64,000 nt of DNA, from the NCBI GenBank assembly GCA_963709585.1, contig CAVPXI010000023.1, positions 64,001 to 128,000 on the forward strand. The letters run 5' to 3'. Numbering within the stretch: the first letter of the stretch is position 1; each line of letters begins with the position of its first letter. The position numbers and the translations under genes are program-made. Source of the DNA: Candidatus Dormiibacterota bacterium. GTDB lineage: Bacteria > Chloroflexota > Dormibacteria > Aeolococcales > Aeolococcaceae. This document shows positions 17,425 through 28,726 of the stretch, one piece after another. A model generated the notes under the pieces. It was not told the origin of the DNA. It searched no databases and saw only the letters and a list, made by a program, of their open reading frames with translations.

Positions 17425-18775
17425 ATGAGAGGGGGTTCGGGAAGGTACGCGATCGCCTGCGGCGTCGCCATGGGATTCGCCCTGTCGATGACGGGTGGCG
17501 CCCTCGCGGATGCCGGGCAGTGGAACATCGTCGCGAGTACGCTCAACACCGGCGTCAATGGCATCGTGAGCGCAGTCGCCTGCGCCGGCACGACGTGCTG
17601 GGCGGTCGGCGGTCCCCAGAGCTACATCGCCAGCCAGCCCGGACCGGCTCTCTTGGAGGGCAACACCGGTAACGGGTGGTTCATCGCAAACGACCCGAGC
17701 CCCCTGATCGTCAACTCCTTGAATGCGGTTACCTGCGTGGATGCCGGCGATTGCTGGGCGGTGGGAGACGCAACCCCTGACCGGACCCTGATCGAGCACT
17801 ACTCGAACGGTGGGTGGACATATGAACCCAGCCCAGCGCTACCACCGGAAGCAACGCTCAACGGCGTGGCCTGCACCAGCCTCACCGACTGCTGGGCGGT
17901 GGGTGGCGACGGCCCGTCAGGCGCCGCCGGACATACCCTCGTCGAGCATTACGACGGGACCAGATGGATCGTGGTGAGTAGCCCCAACAGCAGCCCGAAC
18001 GACTTCCTCAACAGCGTCAGTTGCCCCGCTGCCAACGACTGCTGGGCGGTTGGGGACAACAACACCGATGCACTGTTCGTGGAGCATTACGACGGAACTG
18101 CCTGGACCGTAGATACCGCCCTCGCCGCAGTCGGCACGAACAACAATTTGAGCGGCGTGACTTGCGTCAGCGCCGCGGAGTGCTGGGCCGTCGGCTGGCA
18201 GGGCAACCCGATCGCCTCGTTCACGCAAACGGTCATCGAGCGGTACAACGGTGACGACTGGAGCACGGTGTCGAGTTCCCAACCCGCTGGGTGGATCGTG
18301 GGGCGTCAATTTCCTGAAGGGCGTGAGCTGCGACAGCAACGGAGTGTGCTGGGCGGTGGGGCAGAGCACAGGCGTCGAGGGCTACAACGCGCCGGGACAA
18401 TCGCTCATCGCCGAGTACACAGGCTCCGGAGACTGGACGGCGGTTGCCAACCCGGATCCAGGTCTCTCCGGTGACAATTTCAATGGCGTCGGATGCGGAA
18501 GCGCAGCATGTGTCGCGGGCGGCTCGGGCAGTAACGGTCCGCTGTTGGCGCAGGGTCCCCTTGGCCAGGAGTCCAAGGTCGGTACAACGGGTGGCGCTGC
18601 GTCCTTACCGCCGCCGGGCCTCTCGACCACCAGCGGTGACCCGGCCGTCCCCGATACCGGCGGAGCCGGGACTCCGTGGGCGGCGCTGGCGATTGCCGGC
18701 GGCTTGGCAGCGGTCATCACTGGCTTCCAGTTTCGCCGCCGACGCCTCGAGCGACCGACCATCAGCAAAGTCTGA
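17425..18775 (+). CDS. Secreted repeat protein with sortase-type C-terminal anchor, frameshift near 18280
   Basis: Signal peptide; about six LNxVxC...CWAVG...LIEHYDG repeats; VPDTG + TM + RRRR. Confidence 0.8.
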
Positions 18776-18830
18776 ACCGCCTCGGGGCAACGCCCCGGAT
18801 CAGCGGGACCCTCGATTAGACTCACCGCTC

Positions 18831-19371
18831 ATGGCTGACCTCGACGAGCAGGGTCGTCCGAAACCTCCCTCTGCAGCCGACGAGGCGGCAACCCTCGTGG
18901 GTTTCGTGGAGTTCCAGCGAGCGACCTTCGCGTGGAAGTGCGCAGGGCTCGACGCGGCCGGCCTGGGAACAAAGGTCGCCGCCTCGTCGATGACCTTGGG
19001 CGGGATGCTCAAGCACCTCGCATTGGTCGAGGACTACTGGTTCTCCCAGTGGCTGCACGGCCGAGACACGAGTCCGCCCTGGGACACCGTGGACTGGGAC
19101 GCAGACCCCGACTGGGACTGGCACTCGGCCGCGAAGGACACCCCCGAGCAGCTGCGTGCCCTCTGGCAGGACAACGTGGACCGCTCGCGCGCCCGGGTCG
19201 CTGAGGCTCTGGCCGGCGGCGGACTTCGAGCAGCTGGCCCGGCGCGCCGAGCCCAGCGGTGAGTCACCCAGCCTGCGCTGGATCATGTGCCACATGATCG
19301 AGGAGTACGCGCGGCACAACGGGCACGCAGACCTCATCCGCGAGGCCGTGGACGGGCAAACCGGGGAGTAG
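18831..19371 (+). CDS. DinB/DUF664 family protein, frameshift near 19215
   Basis: [18 protein letters not shown] and [29 protein letters not shown]. Confidence 0.88.
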
Positions 19372-19379
19372 GCGCCGGG

Positions 19380-20131
19380 TCAGTCCGGACCCAGCACGAA
19401 GTCGATGGGCTCTCGATACGCGACGCTCGCGCTGCTCACGCCGGCGGCAACAAGCTCGGGATGGGTGCGACGTGCGTCGGCCAGGACACCCTCGGGCAGT
19501 GATCGTGCGTCATACGTGCACACGATGGTCGCGGGGGACGAGGCGAGCGCCAGGTTCACGATTAACTCGTAGCGGAACCACTCCGCAACCTCGGCGTCGG
19601 ACCGGTCGGCCCACACCGCCTCGGCGAGGATCCGGACCCAGGGAGTTCCGCGCTCGAACCGCTCCCTCACGAACGAGAGGTATCCGCCCGCGGCGTCGCG
19701 AAGCGAGCGGTACCACTCCGACAAGTCCAGGAACTCAACCCGGTGCGCGTCGTCCCCAAGCGCCTCACGGAGCAGGTCGCCCTGCCACTTCGTCGGGACG
19801 CACAAGAACTCCCTCAGAGCGCGCGATACCCCCCAAAAGAAACGGGAGCGCGGACTCGAGATACTCGTCCTCCGATCCGTAGATGAGAACCCTGTGCCCG
19901 AGGAGCTGCGGAGATATGGTCGCGTCGCCCCCGACGAGGTAGTCGACGCTGACCCCGAGCGCACTCGCGAGCGCCACCAGGCTGCTGACGCGGACCTGCT
20001 GGCGCCGGCCGGATTCGATCTGGGCGATCGCCGCCCAGCTGAGGCCCGAGTGATACGCGAGAGCCTCGCGAGTTCCAGCCCTTACGCTCTCGCGCCGACC
20101 TGAGCGATCCACCGATCCGAGACGGGGCCAT
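19380..20131 (-). CDS. XRE-HTH plus MEDS-domain regulator, frameshifts near 20070 and 19810
   Basis: LRSARERKGW..REALAYHSGLSWAAIAQIESG (HTH); HRVLIYGSEDEYL, VRILAE, IVCTYD, RRTHP (MEDS). Confidence 0.8.
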
Positions 20132-20247
20132 GTGTCAATTCTCCACCCAACGGCGCGATCGCCGCGCTCGTTTCTGGGAGTATGTCATAAGACGCTGTCA
20201 TTTGACACGAGAGGCCGTCGGCAGCGACAATTACGACCAGAAAAGTC

Positions 20248-21351
20248 ATGGATCAGTCGATGGATCAGTCAACAGGACGGGCGGATCGCCACGCACGCTG
20301 GGTGTCGATGTGGCGGGAGGCCGTTCGCACGAGCCCCTTGGCGATCGGCCTCGTCGAACTAGCGACCACGCGCTTCGTCGAGATGTCGGACCGCGCCGCG
20401 GCGTTCCTCAGGACAACCCCAGAGAAGGCAGCCGGCCTCGACTACCTGTCGGTCACCGAGCGGCCGCGCGAGTCGGCGCAGACGTTCCGGCTGGTGCGAG
20501 AACGGATGCTCGACGGCATCAAGGGCCGGCGCCGGTTCCACCGACCGGACGGTTCGCTGGTCGAGCTGGAGGTGACCGGATGGGCAGTCCGCTCCAGCAC
20601 GGGGCCCGATCTGGGACTGTGGATCGCGTCCGAGCTCGCAGACGCAGAGCACGCTGTGGGTGAGGAGGAGGTCGCCGCTCCCGAGCCCTGGAGCCTGGCC
20701 GGTCCCGATTTTGAGGGCGCTCAGCTCACCCTCGACGACCACTGGCGCATCGCGCACATCAGCAGCAACGCTGGTGCCGTCCTTGGCCGGCCCCCGGCCG
20801 AGCTGTTCGGAAGCTCGATCATCGAGCTCACCCACATCGGCGACCTAGCCGCCCTGCTCCTTGGTTTCGCCCGGGCCACCACCGACCCCAGGACCGACGT
20901 ACGAATTCGGCTCCAGCAGGACCGCCGGCGGCGAGCGATTCGGGCGATGATCACCCGTCTGGAAGGCGACGGGACGGTACCGTTCTCGCTCATCGTGGCT
21001 CCGGCTGGTGAGCCCGAGGCGCAGGAGCCCAGCGGCGCGAGCCAGCTCGCCGGGCATCTTCGTCGCATCGCGTCCCAGATCGAGGCCGCGGGCATCCTCG
21101 CTCCCTTGATGCAGACGGCCGCCGCCCTCGGGGTTCCAGCAACGGCCGAGCTGTCGCCGCGCCAGTGGGAGATCGCCTCTCGCCTGGTCCAGGGCGACCG
21201 TGTGGCCACCATCGCCACCGAGATGTACCTGAGCCGGAGCACCGTCAGAAATCACCTCAGCGCGATCTTCCAGAAGTTCGGCGTCCATTCCCAGCCGGAA
21301 CTCCTCGCGCTCTGGCGTTCCTCTGGCCAGGGGAAACCACCGAGCGGCTGA
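20248..21351 (+). CDS. PAS-domain LuxR-family transcriptional regulator
   Basis: PAS-like segments; C-terminal LSPRQWEIA...IATEMYLSRSTVRNHLSAIFQKFGV. Confidence 0.88.
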   Translation: MDQSMDQSTGRADRHARWVSMWREAVRTSPLAIGLVELATTRFVEMSDRAAAFLRTTPEKAAGLDYLSVTERPRESAQTFRLVRERMLDGIKGRRRFHRPDGSLVELEVTGWAVRSSTGPDLGLWIASELADAEHAVGEEEVAAPEPWSLAGPDFEGAQLTLDDHWRIAHISSNAGAVLGRPPAELFGSSIIELTHIGDLAALLLGFARATTDPRTDVRIRLQQDRRRRAIRAMITRLEGDGTVPFSLIVAPAGEPEAQEPSGASQLAGHLRRIASQIEAAGILAPLMQTAAALGVPATAELSPRQWEIASRLVQGDRVATIATEMYLSRSTVRNHLSAIFQKFGVHSQPELLALWRSSGQGKPPSG

Positions 21352-21479
21352 CCGGCTCGCCGCGGTGCCGCGTGTACGCGACCGGACGGACGGCACCCTG
21401 GACGGGCGAGCATGATCTCCTCGATAAGGTATGCAGATTCCACGCTGGGGAGCGGGATGATGCCATCGGGACAGTGCCC

Positions 21480-21653
21480 ATGCGGATCCCCGACATCCCG
21501 GTCTTGCGTTGCGAAGGTTGCGGCGGAGATCGGTTCATTCCCTTGACCTTCCCCACCCGCGAGGGTGCGGGGAAAGCCGAGGCGAGCGCGCGTCCGACCG
21601 CCAAGTGCCTGACCTGCGGCTGGTCCTACACCGCCTCTCGCGCGCGGAAGTAG
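21480..21653 (+). CDS. Small Zn-ribbon protein
   Basis: CEGCGG...CLTCG in 57 aa. Confidence 0.55.
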   Translation: MRIPDIPVLRCEGCGGDRFIPLTFPTREGAGKAEASARPTAKCLTCGWSYTASRARK

Positions 21654-21690
21654 CAGCGGCCATCCACGTCCGGGTCTACTGCGCATCGGC

Positions 21691-22308
21691 GTGGCAGATC
21701 TCGATAGAGATCCGGACCAGTCGCCTCGAAAGAAGGACCATTGGCAGGTGGACGTCGACGATCGATTTCGCCAGATGCTCATCGATGCCGGCGACGCCGA
21801 GCGCGACGAGGACTCGCTCACCACGCTGGCGCAGCGCTACTCGTACGTCTTTCCCGATGACCGATCCCTCGCAGCGCTCGCCCGCCTCGGTCCGCTCGTC
21901 GAAATGGGCGCCGGTACCGGGTACTGGGCGTACCGGTTGCGCGCTCTCGGGACCGACGTCGTCGCATTCGACCAGGCGCCGCCGGATGGAGCGCGTCCGA
22001 ACCGCTACCACGCGACGACACCAACGTGGACCGAGGTCGTCGCCGGAGACCACACCATCCTGACGCGATACTCCGATCGGGCACTGCTGCTCTGCTGGCC
22101 GCCGCTCTTTTCGAGTCTCGGCGAGTCGCTGACCTACTACAGCGGGAATACCGTTGCGGTGATTGGGGACGGCGGCCATCGAACCGCGCGCGTGCGCGGC
22201 CTGAACGAGTCGTTCACACCGGTTTCGGTGTCCGAGGTGCAGGCGCTCGAGCCGTTCCCGGGACAGCAGCCCACGCTCAGCATCTGGCGGCGCCGGCCGA
22301 CGTCGTGA
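21691..22308 (+). CDS. SAM-methyltransferase-fold hypothetical protein
   Basis: LVEMGAGTGYWA, VVAFD, LLLCWPP. Confidence 0.75.
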   Translation: MADLDRDPDQSPRKKDHWQVDVDDRFRQMLIDAGDAERDEDSLTTLAQRYSYVFPDDRSLAALARLGPLVEMGAGTGYWAYRLRALGTDVVAFDQAPPDGARPNRYHATTPTWTEVVAGDHTILTRYSDRALLLCWPPLFSSLGESLTYYSGNTVAVIGDGGHRTARVRGLNESFTPVSVSEVQALEPFPGQQPTLSIWRRRPTS

Positions 22309-22324
22309 CGTTGTGCCGCCGCCC

Positions 22325-22552
22325 TCAGGTGGTGGGGCCTGGGCGCGGCACCACGGCAAGGCCGGCAGTTAGCACCACGATGCAGGCCAGGATCAGGGGC
22401 CAGTAACCGCCGATCGTCGTTTCGAGGTCGTGGGCCGCTTCGTGCGGGCCGCGCACCAGCCCGATCAGCACGGAGATCGAGAGGGCGACGATGATCACGA
22501 TCGTCACCGCCACGACCAGTGAAAAGAACAGCCGGCTGATTCCCCGTCGCAC
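22325..22552 (-). CDS. Small membrane protein
   Basis: Two hydrophobic helices. Confidence 0.55.
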   Translation of the reverse strand: MRRGISRLFFSLVVAVTIVIIVALSISVLIGLVRGPHEAAHDLETTIGGYWPLILACIVVLTAGLAVVPRPGPTT

Positions 22553-22609
22553 TACGACCCGCGAGGTTACAGGAGCTAGCCGACCTACTGCGGGCCGCGC
22601 CCGACGCGA

Positions 22610-23044
22610 TCAGCGCCGCGTGCCGGCGAGCTCCGCAGGTGACTCTTCCTTGACGTCGTGCGCGCCCTGCCGGGGGATATTCGATTCGGCCAGCAGCCGA
22701 ACCCAGACGCTGGGGTCGGAGGGTGGCGGACTCGGCGACGGGTCCGGGCCGGGCCCCCGGTCACCCTGGTCGTTATCCGCCGTCCCCGTCGGCGGCAGCA
22801 TGCAGGCAACGAAAAGGCCTGAGATCACCAGCCCCTCGAAGATGGCGATGGGCAGGACCTCAGCGGGAGATGCCCCGCTCAGGGCGCCGGCGACCACGAG
22901 GATCGTGAAGCAGAGAAGCAGCGCGGCCGCGGGCAGACCCCAGACGTATGCGCGATTTCCGCCGTTCGCATTGCGCAACTGCCGCTCGAGCCCGCGCACT
23001 CGATTCGTAGCTGTTCCCCAGACCTTCCGGAAGTGGCGTTCCAT
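22610..23044 (-). CDS. Membrane hypothetical protein
   Basis: Two TM helices and a Pro-rich tail. Confidence 0.55.
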   Translation of the reverse strand: MERHFRKVWGTATNRVRGLERQLRNANGGNRAYVWGLPAAALLLCFTILVVAGALSGASPAEVLPIAIFEGLVISGLFVACMLPPTGTADNDQGDRGPGPDPSPSPPPSDPSVWVRLLAESNIPRQGAHDVKEESPAELAGTRR

Positions 23045-23210
23045 GACCATCCTCTCAGAGCTGCCGTGTGCAGCATGGCACAGACGCCGAAGTGGCATCG
23101 GCCTGGCCCGGGGCCGGGTCGGCGCCTGTCAGTTACCAGGGTCGCCGTGAGCATCCGTCTGTAGAATGACCGAGCTGCGTGCGCGCATCGGGGCGCGTGC
23201 CGGCCGCCGT

Positions 23211-23297
23211 GCCGAGGTGGTGGAATTGGTAGACACGCTAGCTTGAGGGGCTAGTGAGGGCAACCTTGTAAGGGTTCGAGTCCCTTCCTCGGCACCA
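23211..23297 (+). tRNA. tRNA-Leu(GAG)
   Basis: Acceptor GCCGAGG/CCTCGGC-ACCA, anticodon arm CTAGC-TTGAGGG-GCTAG, long variable arm, GGTTCGAGTCC. Confidence 0.97.
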
Positions 23298-23396
23298 CAT
23301 GACCGGTTTCATATTCGGCCGACACTCCGCGGGCGACCCGGTCGGTCGGCTGTCGGTGAGGTCGTCCCCGAGCCGTAACGCCCCTACACTCAGCCG

Positions 23397-26344
23397 GTGG
23401 TCCGAAAGACCGTGACGATTCTCTTCGCTGACGTGACGGGATCCACGGCGATGGGGGAGCAGAGCGATCCAGAGGCGTTGCGCCGGGTTATGACGCGCTT
23501 CTTCGAGGTGTCACGAGCCACGCTCGAACGGCACGGTGCGACTGTCGAGAAGTTCATCGGTGACGCCGTGATGGCCGTGTTCGGTGTCCCGGCCGTTCAC
23601 GAGGATGACGCGCTGCGTGCGGCTCGCGCGGCACTCGAGCTGCGCCGCAACGTGGCGGCCCTTGGCATCCAGCTGCGCATCGGGATCAACACCGGGGAAG
23701 TCGTTGCCGAGGCGGGCGAGACACTCGTCACCGGGGACGCCGTCAACGTCGCCGCGCGGCTCGAGCAGGGTGCATCCCCGGGTGAGATCCTGCTCGGCGA
23801 CGCAACGTACCGCTTTGCGCGCGAAGCGGTGCGCGCGACGGCGGTTGCTCCTCTGAACGCGAAAGGAAAGAGCCAGCCGGTCGCGGCGTGGCGGCTGGTC
23901 GATGTCCTCGACGACGCGCCGGCATTCACGCGCAGGATCGACGCGCCCTTCGTCGGCCGTGGCGATGAGCTTGCCCGGTTCACAGCCGCGTTCGAGAGCG
24001 TCGTTCGGACGAATGCCGCACGGCGCTTCACGCTGCTCGGCGCACCGGGAATCGGCAAGTCACGCCTCGCGCGGGAGCTCGTGCAACACGTATGGGTCCG
24101 AGCGCGTGTTGTCGTCGGCCGTTGCCAAGCCTACGGCGAAGGGATCACGTACCTGCCGCTCGCGGAGATGGTCCGAATGACCGCCGGCACGCAGCGCGAT
24201 GCGATTGCCGCCGTCGCGGGGGACGAACTCGTGGCCGATCGCATCGCGGCGGCGCTCGGTGTCGGCGGCGTTGCCGGTACGAAGGAGGAGACCCAGTGGG
24301 CGGCTCGGCGCTATCTCGAGGTGCTCGCCGCGGACCGGCCCCTCCTCGTCGTCCTCGACGATCTGCACTGGGCCGAGCCGACGTTCCTCGACCTCGTGGA
24401 ATACGTCGCGGACTTCGCCACTGCGCCGATATTGCTTCTGTGCACCGGGCGCGTCGAGCTGCTCGACGCGAGGCCGGCCTGGACTGGGCCGCGTCCGAAC
24501 GCCGACGTACTCGTGCTCGAACCACTCTCGGCCGAGGAGGCGGCCGAGCTCGCGGGAGACCTTGATGAGGAGACGCGCCAGCGCATTCTCGACGCCGCCG
24601 AGAGGAATCCGTTATTCGTCGAACAGCTCGTCGCGCTTCGGGCGCAGGCCCACGGCGACGTCGGTATCCCTCCGACGCTCCAGGCGCTGCTCGCGGCGCG
24701 CCTCGACTCCCTCGCGCCGGCCGAACGAACGGTGGTCGAGCGCGCCTCGGTGGAAAGGCCGGCTGTTCCACCGCGGCTCCGTCACTGATCTGGTTCCTGC
24801 GGACGTGCGGACCGGTGTCGGCGCCGTCCTCCTGGCCCTCGTGCGCAAGGAGTTCGTCCGTCCCGATCGCGCTCAGTTTCCTGGCGACGACGGATATCGA
24901 TTCACACATGTCCTTCTGTGACGCTGCATATGAGGCGATGTCGAAGCAGCTGCGGGCGGACCTGCACGAGGGGCTCTTCGACTGGCTTCGGCGCGTCGCG
25001 CCGGAAAGGGTTGGCGAGATGGAAGAGATCCTGGCCTACCACCTCGAGCGCTCCGCGCTCTATCGCAACGAGCTCGACCTGCCGGACGACAATCATGCCG
25101 GGCAGCGCGCGGCGGAGCTGCTGGCACGTTCGGGCACGCGCGCCTACGACCGCGGCGACCTGTCAGCGGCCCAGAACCTGCTCAGCCGCGCCGTTTCGCT
25201 TCTGCCGCCAGGGAATCCGATCCGCGTCCGGGCTTTGCCGCTGCTCGCCGTCGCGATCCTCGATGCAGCCGCCGGGATGGAACGGGCGCTCGGCCTCGTC
25301 GCGCAGGCGCTCGAGGAGAGCCGCGCTGCCGGCGACCGCGCCGCCGAGGTGAGTGCGTGGGCGATCCAACAGCTCGTGCGATTGCAGAGCGTTCCGGACA
25401 CCGACACCGCGAGCATCCATCGTGAGCTCGAGCTGCGCGCGCCTGAGATCGAGCGCCTCGGCGACGGACGTGCGCTCGTCTATCTGCGCCGGCTCGAGCT
25501 CGTGATCGCGCTCAGCGAGCTCTCCGACCTGGATTCGGCAGCCGGGCGGCTGCTCGCCGCGGCGCGCGACGCTGGCGATCGCCCGAGCGCGCTCCAGGCG
25601 ATATTGTTCCTCACCGCGTCAGTCGTGGTGGACACGATCCCTGTCGACGAGGCACTTTTGATGACGCGGCGGCGGTTCAGGGCGCTTGCGCAGGGGCCTG
25701 TCGAGGAAGCTGCGGTCGACGACATCGAGGGGCTCCTGCGGGCGATGAGGGGCGAGTTCGATGAGGGCCGCCGGCTGATCCGAAAGGCGCGTGCCACCTT
25801 CTCAGAGTTCGGGTTGCGGTTGACCGATGTGGCGACGGCGCGGGACGAGGCGCTCGTCGAGCACTACGCCGGGGAAGCAGCCGCCGTCGAGCGCTTGCTC
25901 CGTTCTGCCTGTGACGAACTGCGGTCTGTCGGCGAGACAGGCTACCTGTCGACCGACGTCGACGAGCTCGCGGACGCGCTCCACGATCTCGGGCGGCACG
26001 CCGAGGCGGAAGAGGCAAGTCGCGAGAGCGAGCGCCTGGCGCAGCCGACGGACGCGGCGGCCCATGTGCAGTGGCGGGGGGTCCGCGCGAAACTGCTCGC
26101 CCGACAAGGCGAGGGCGACGAGGCGGTACGGCTCGTGCGCGAGTCAATCGAGTGGGCCGGCAAGAGGCCCGAGGAGGTCGGCAACGCATATGCCAACCTC
26201 GCCGAGATCTGGCGGCTCGGCGGGGATTTGGATCGCGCAGCAGAGGCACTCGAACGCGCCATTGCGATGTACGAGCAGAAGGGGATCGTGCCGATGGCTG
26301 AACGCATGCGCAGCCAACTGGAGGAGCTGCGCTCGAGACCCTAG
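23397..26344 (+). CDS. Adenylate/guanylate cyclase - AAA ATPase - TPR protein, frameshifts near 24750 and 24915
   Basis: ILFADVTGST, EKFIGDAVMAVFG, GDAVNVAARL, GAPGIGKS, LDDLHWA, C-terminal TPR-like helices. Confidence 0.9.
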
Positions 26345-26372
26345 CGCTCGAAGGTGTCGGCGAAGCGACTGG

Positions 26373-27569
26373 CTACGCCAGTGGGATGTGGGCAGGGAGC
26401 ACCCCGAGAGCTCCTACCGCCGGGGCGGGCGAGATCTTGGTGCGGCCTGTGAACGCAGGTGAGAGCAACCAGGTCGCTCCTTGTTCCGGGTACTGGTTAT
26501 CCCACCCGACCAGACGATCGTCGGGGAGCCACACCTCCGGCGCGAAATTCCGTACGGTGGAAACTGTCTTTTTGGTGCTCAGATCCACGACTGTAGTCAC
26601 GTAATACCCGGAGTCGAAGATCCCCACGTAGGCGGCATACGCCAGGTAGCGTCCGTCGCCCGACACGCTCACCGGACCGTACGCCGCTGCGTTTGCAGGG
26701 TGCAGGGCAATCGTCTCGGTGCCCGAGTTGCGCACTACTATCAAGCTCGAGTCCCCATCCGCGACGCACACCGAGCCGGGTGCGACTGTCGCGGGACAGA
26801 GATACCCTCCCCAGGCGTTGTTGATCGGGGTCTGCACGAGCGTTCGCGTCGTTGGATTGAACGTGGCTTGGGCGCAACCAGTGAATTGGAGGAACGGACC
26901 GACTCCGCCGAGTCCTTTGCACTGCTCCGCAACCGAGATTCCGGCAGTGCTCCACGCGAAAGGCATCAGGACCTCGCCGCCGTTGTCGCTGTTATTGGCG
27001 TCGTCGTAAACCATGGTCGCGGATGCTGCGGTGCCACCCGTGGGCTCGGTCCAGAGCTGCGAGTGATCGGTGGGCGCACCGTTGTCGAAGGTCATTGCCA
27101 AGGGGATGCCGAACACCAGCGTTGTCTGGTCGGGCGACACGGCAAACGTGGTGTACCCCTGGAGATCCGCCGCAGTGACTGTGGTCTTCACCTGCGGCAC
27201 CTGACCCACGACCGAGACGGTGCCGGATCTCCCGAACGCCTTCACGGTGGTGCCGTCGAGGAAGTAGACATCATCGGATCCGACGTAGTACGCGTGGCCG
27301 TCGACACCTCCGGGGTCTTCGACCGTGGCGACTATGCTGCCGTTCTCACCGACTAGGCTGAGTTGCAGAGCAGTCTTGGAATTCCCGGCTGCGGTCACCG
27401 CCAGCGGCGGGGGAGTGGGGGATGGCGCCGGCACGGGCGTTGCGGTCGGCTCAGGGGTTGAAGCGACCGTCGTCGCGGGCGTCGGGGTTACCGTCGGAGC
27501 GACTGTCGATCCACAAGCTGCGAGGCCAAGAGTGGCGATCGCAGTGCCGATGATGGTTGTGCGTTTCAT
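26373..27569 (-). CDS. Lipoprotein with Pro/Thr linker and beta-propeller-like domain
   Basis: MKRTTIIGTAIATLGLAACGST lipobox; VSPDQ and VSGDGRYLAY TolB-like motifs. Confidence 0.85.
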   Translation of the reverse strand: MKRTTIIGTAIATLGLAACGSTVAPTVTPTPATTVASTPEPTATPVPAPSPTPPPLAVTAAGNSKTALQLSLVGENGSIVATVEDPGGVDGHAYYVGSDDVYFLDGTTVKAFGRSGTVSVVGQVPQVKTTVTAADLQGYTTFAVSPDQTTLVFGIPLAMTFDNGAPTDHSQLWTEPTGGTAASATMVYDDANNSDNGGEVLMPFAWSTAGISVAEQCKGLGGVGPFLQFTGCAQATFNPTTRTLVQTPINNAWGGYLCPATVAPGSVCVADGDSSLIVVRNSGTETIALHPANAAAYGPVSVSGDGRYLAYAAYVGIFDSGYYVTTVVDLSTKKTVSTVRNFAPEVWLPDDRLVGWDNQYPEQGATWLLSPAFTGRTKISPAPAVGALGVLPAHIPLA

Positions 27570-27713
27570 GTCTGCTGCGCCACCACCAAACCCACCAGCG
27601 TGCTGGCCGGTTCAGGGACCCCAGCTGCACTCCCTCTAGAACTCATGATGGATGCCATACCCACTCAACGGGAACACGTCATCCACGGTTACATCCGCGC
27701 GAACGCGTCGAAC
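27563..27713 (-). repeat. Promoter/5'UTR module duplicated at 29135-29283
   Basis: Shared blocks AGCTGCACT.CCTCTAGAACTCATGA, CCCACTCAACGGGAACACG, GGTTACATCCGCGC. Confidence 0.85.
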
Positions 27714-27838
27714 GTCCCCGCACTCGATGCCCAACCTCACGGGAGATCGACCGCACAATGCGTGACGCCGAGCCGTGGCTATCTCGAAGGGGCTTCCGGC
27801 TGATCTCCGCCGCGCTGGGATCCCGCTAGGATCTGATC

Positions 27839-28726
27839 GTGCCCCGCGCGCGCGTCAACGGCCTCGAGCTCGAGTACGACAGCTTCGGCGATCCCGGGGC
27901 CACGCCGCTGCTCCTTGTGATGGGGCTCTCGTACCAGATGATCGAATGGGATGACGCCCTCTGCGAGCTGATCGCCCGTCGCGGATTCCGGGTGACGCGG
28001 TTCGATAACCGCGATGTCGGTCTCTCCACCAAGCTCGACGCGCTCGGGCCGCCGGACATCATGGCGTTGTTCGGTGGCACGGGACACCCTCCGTACTCGC
28101 TGGACGACATGGCCGGCGATGCGATCGGCCTCCTCGATGCGCTTGGCGTCGAGGCGACACATGTCGTGGGCGTGTCGATGGGAGGGATGATCGCGCAGTT
28201 GATCGCGATCAACTACCCCGAGCGGGTGCTGAGCCTCACCTCGATCATGTCGACGGTGGGCGGTCCCAATGTCGTGCAGGCCGAGCCCGCCGTCGGTGCC
28301 GCTTTGCTCGCTCCGCCAGGACGGACTCGAGAGGAACGAGTGGAGCGCTCGCTGGCCAACCGGCGCCTGATCTTCGGCGCGGGGATGCCGTTCGACGAGG
28401 ATCGAGCGCGGCGGAAGGCGGAGCGCGCAGTCGATCGCTGCTTCTACCCCGACGGTGGCATGCGTCAGCTCGCGGCGATCTTCGCCGCTCCGAACAGGAC
28501 CGCTGGGCTCGGGCGGCTGAGCATCCCGACGCTGGTCATCCATGGAGAGCACGACCCGCTCGTGCCACCCGCGAACGGGCGTCAGACGGCGGCGGCCCTG
28601 CCGCGCGCCCGGCTCATCATGATCCCGGGCATGGGCCACGCCCTGCCCGACCACGTGTGGCCGCAGATCGTCGATGCGATCGCTGCAGTCACCGTTTCAT
28701 CTACCCGGGGCAAGCCGGGATGGTGA
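27839..28726 (+). CDS. Alpha/beta hydrolase
   Basis: FDNRDVGLS, GVSMGG, HGEHDPLV, GMGH. Confidence 0.92.
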   Translation: MPRARVNGLELEYDSFGDPGATPLLLVMGLSYQMIEWDDALCELIARRGFRVTRFDNRDVGLSTKLDALGPPDIMALFGGTGHPPYSLDDMAGDAIGLLDALGVEATHVVGVSMGGMIAQLIAINYPERVLSLTSIMSTVGGPNVVQAEPAVGAALLAPPGRTREERVERSLANRRLIFGAGMPFDEDRARRKAERAVDRCFYPDGGMRQLAAIFAAPNRTAGLGRLSIPTLVIHGEHDPLVPPANGRQTAAALPRARLIMIPGMGHALPDHVWPQIVDAIAAVTVSSTRGKPGW

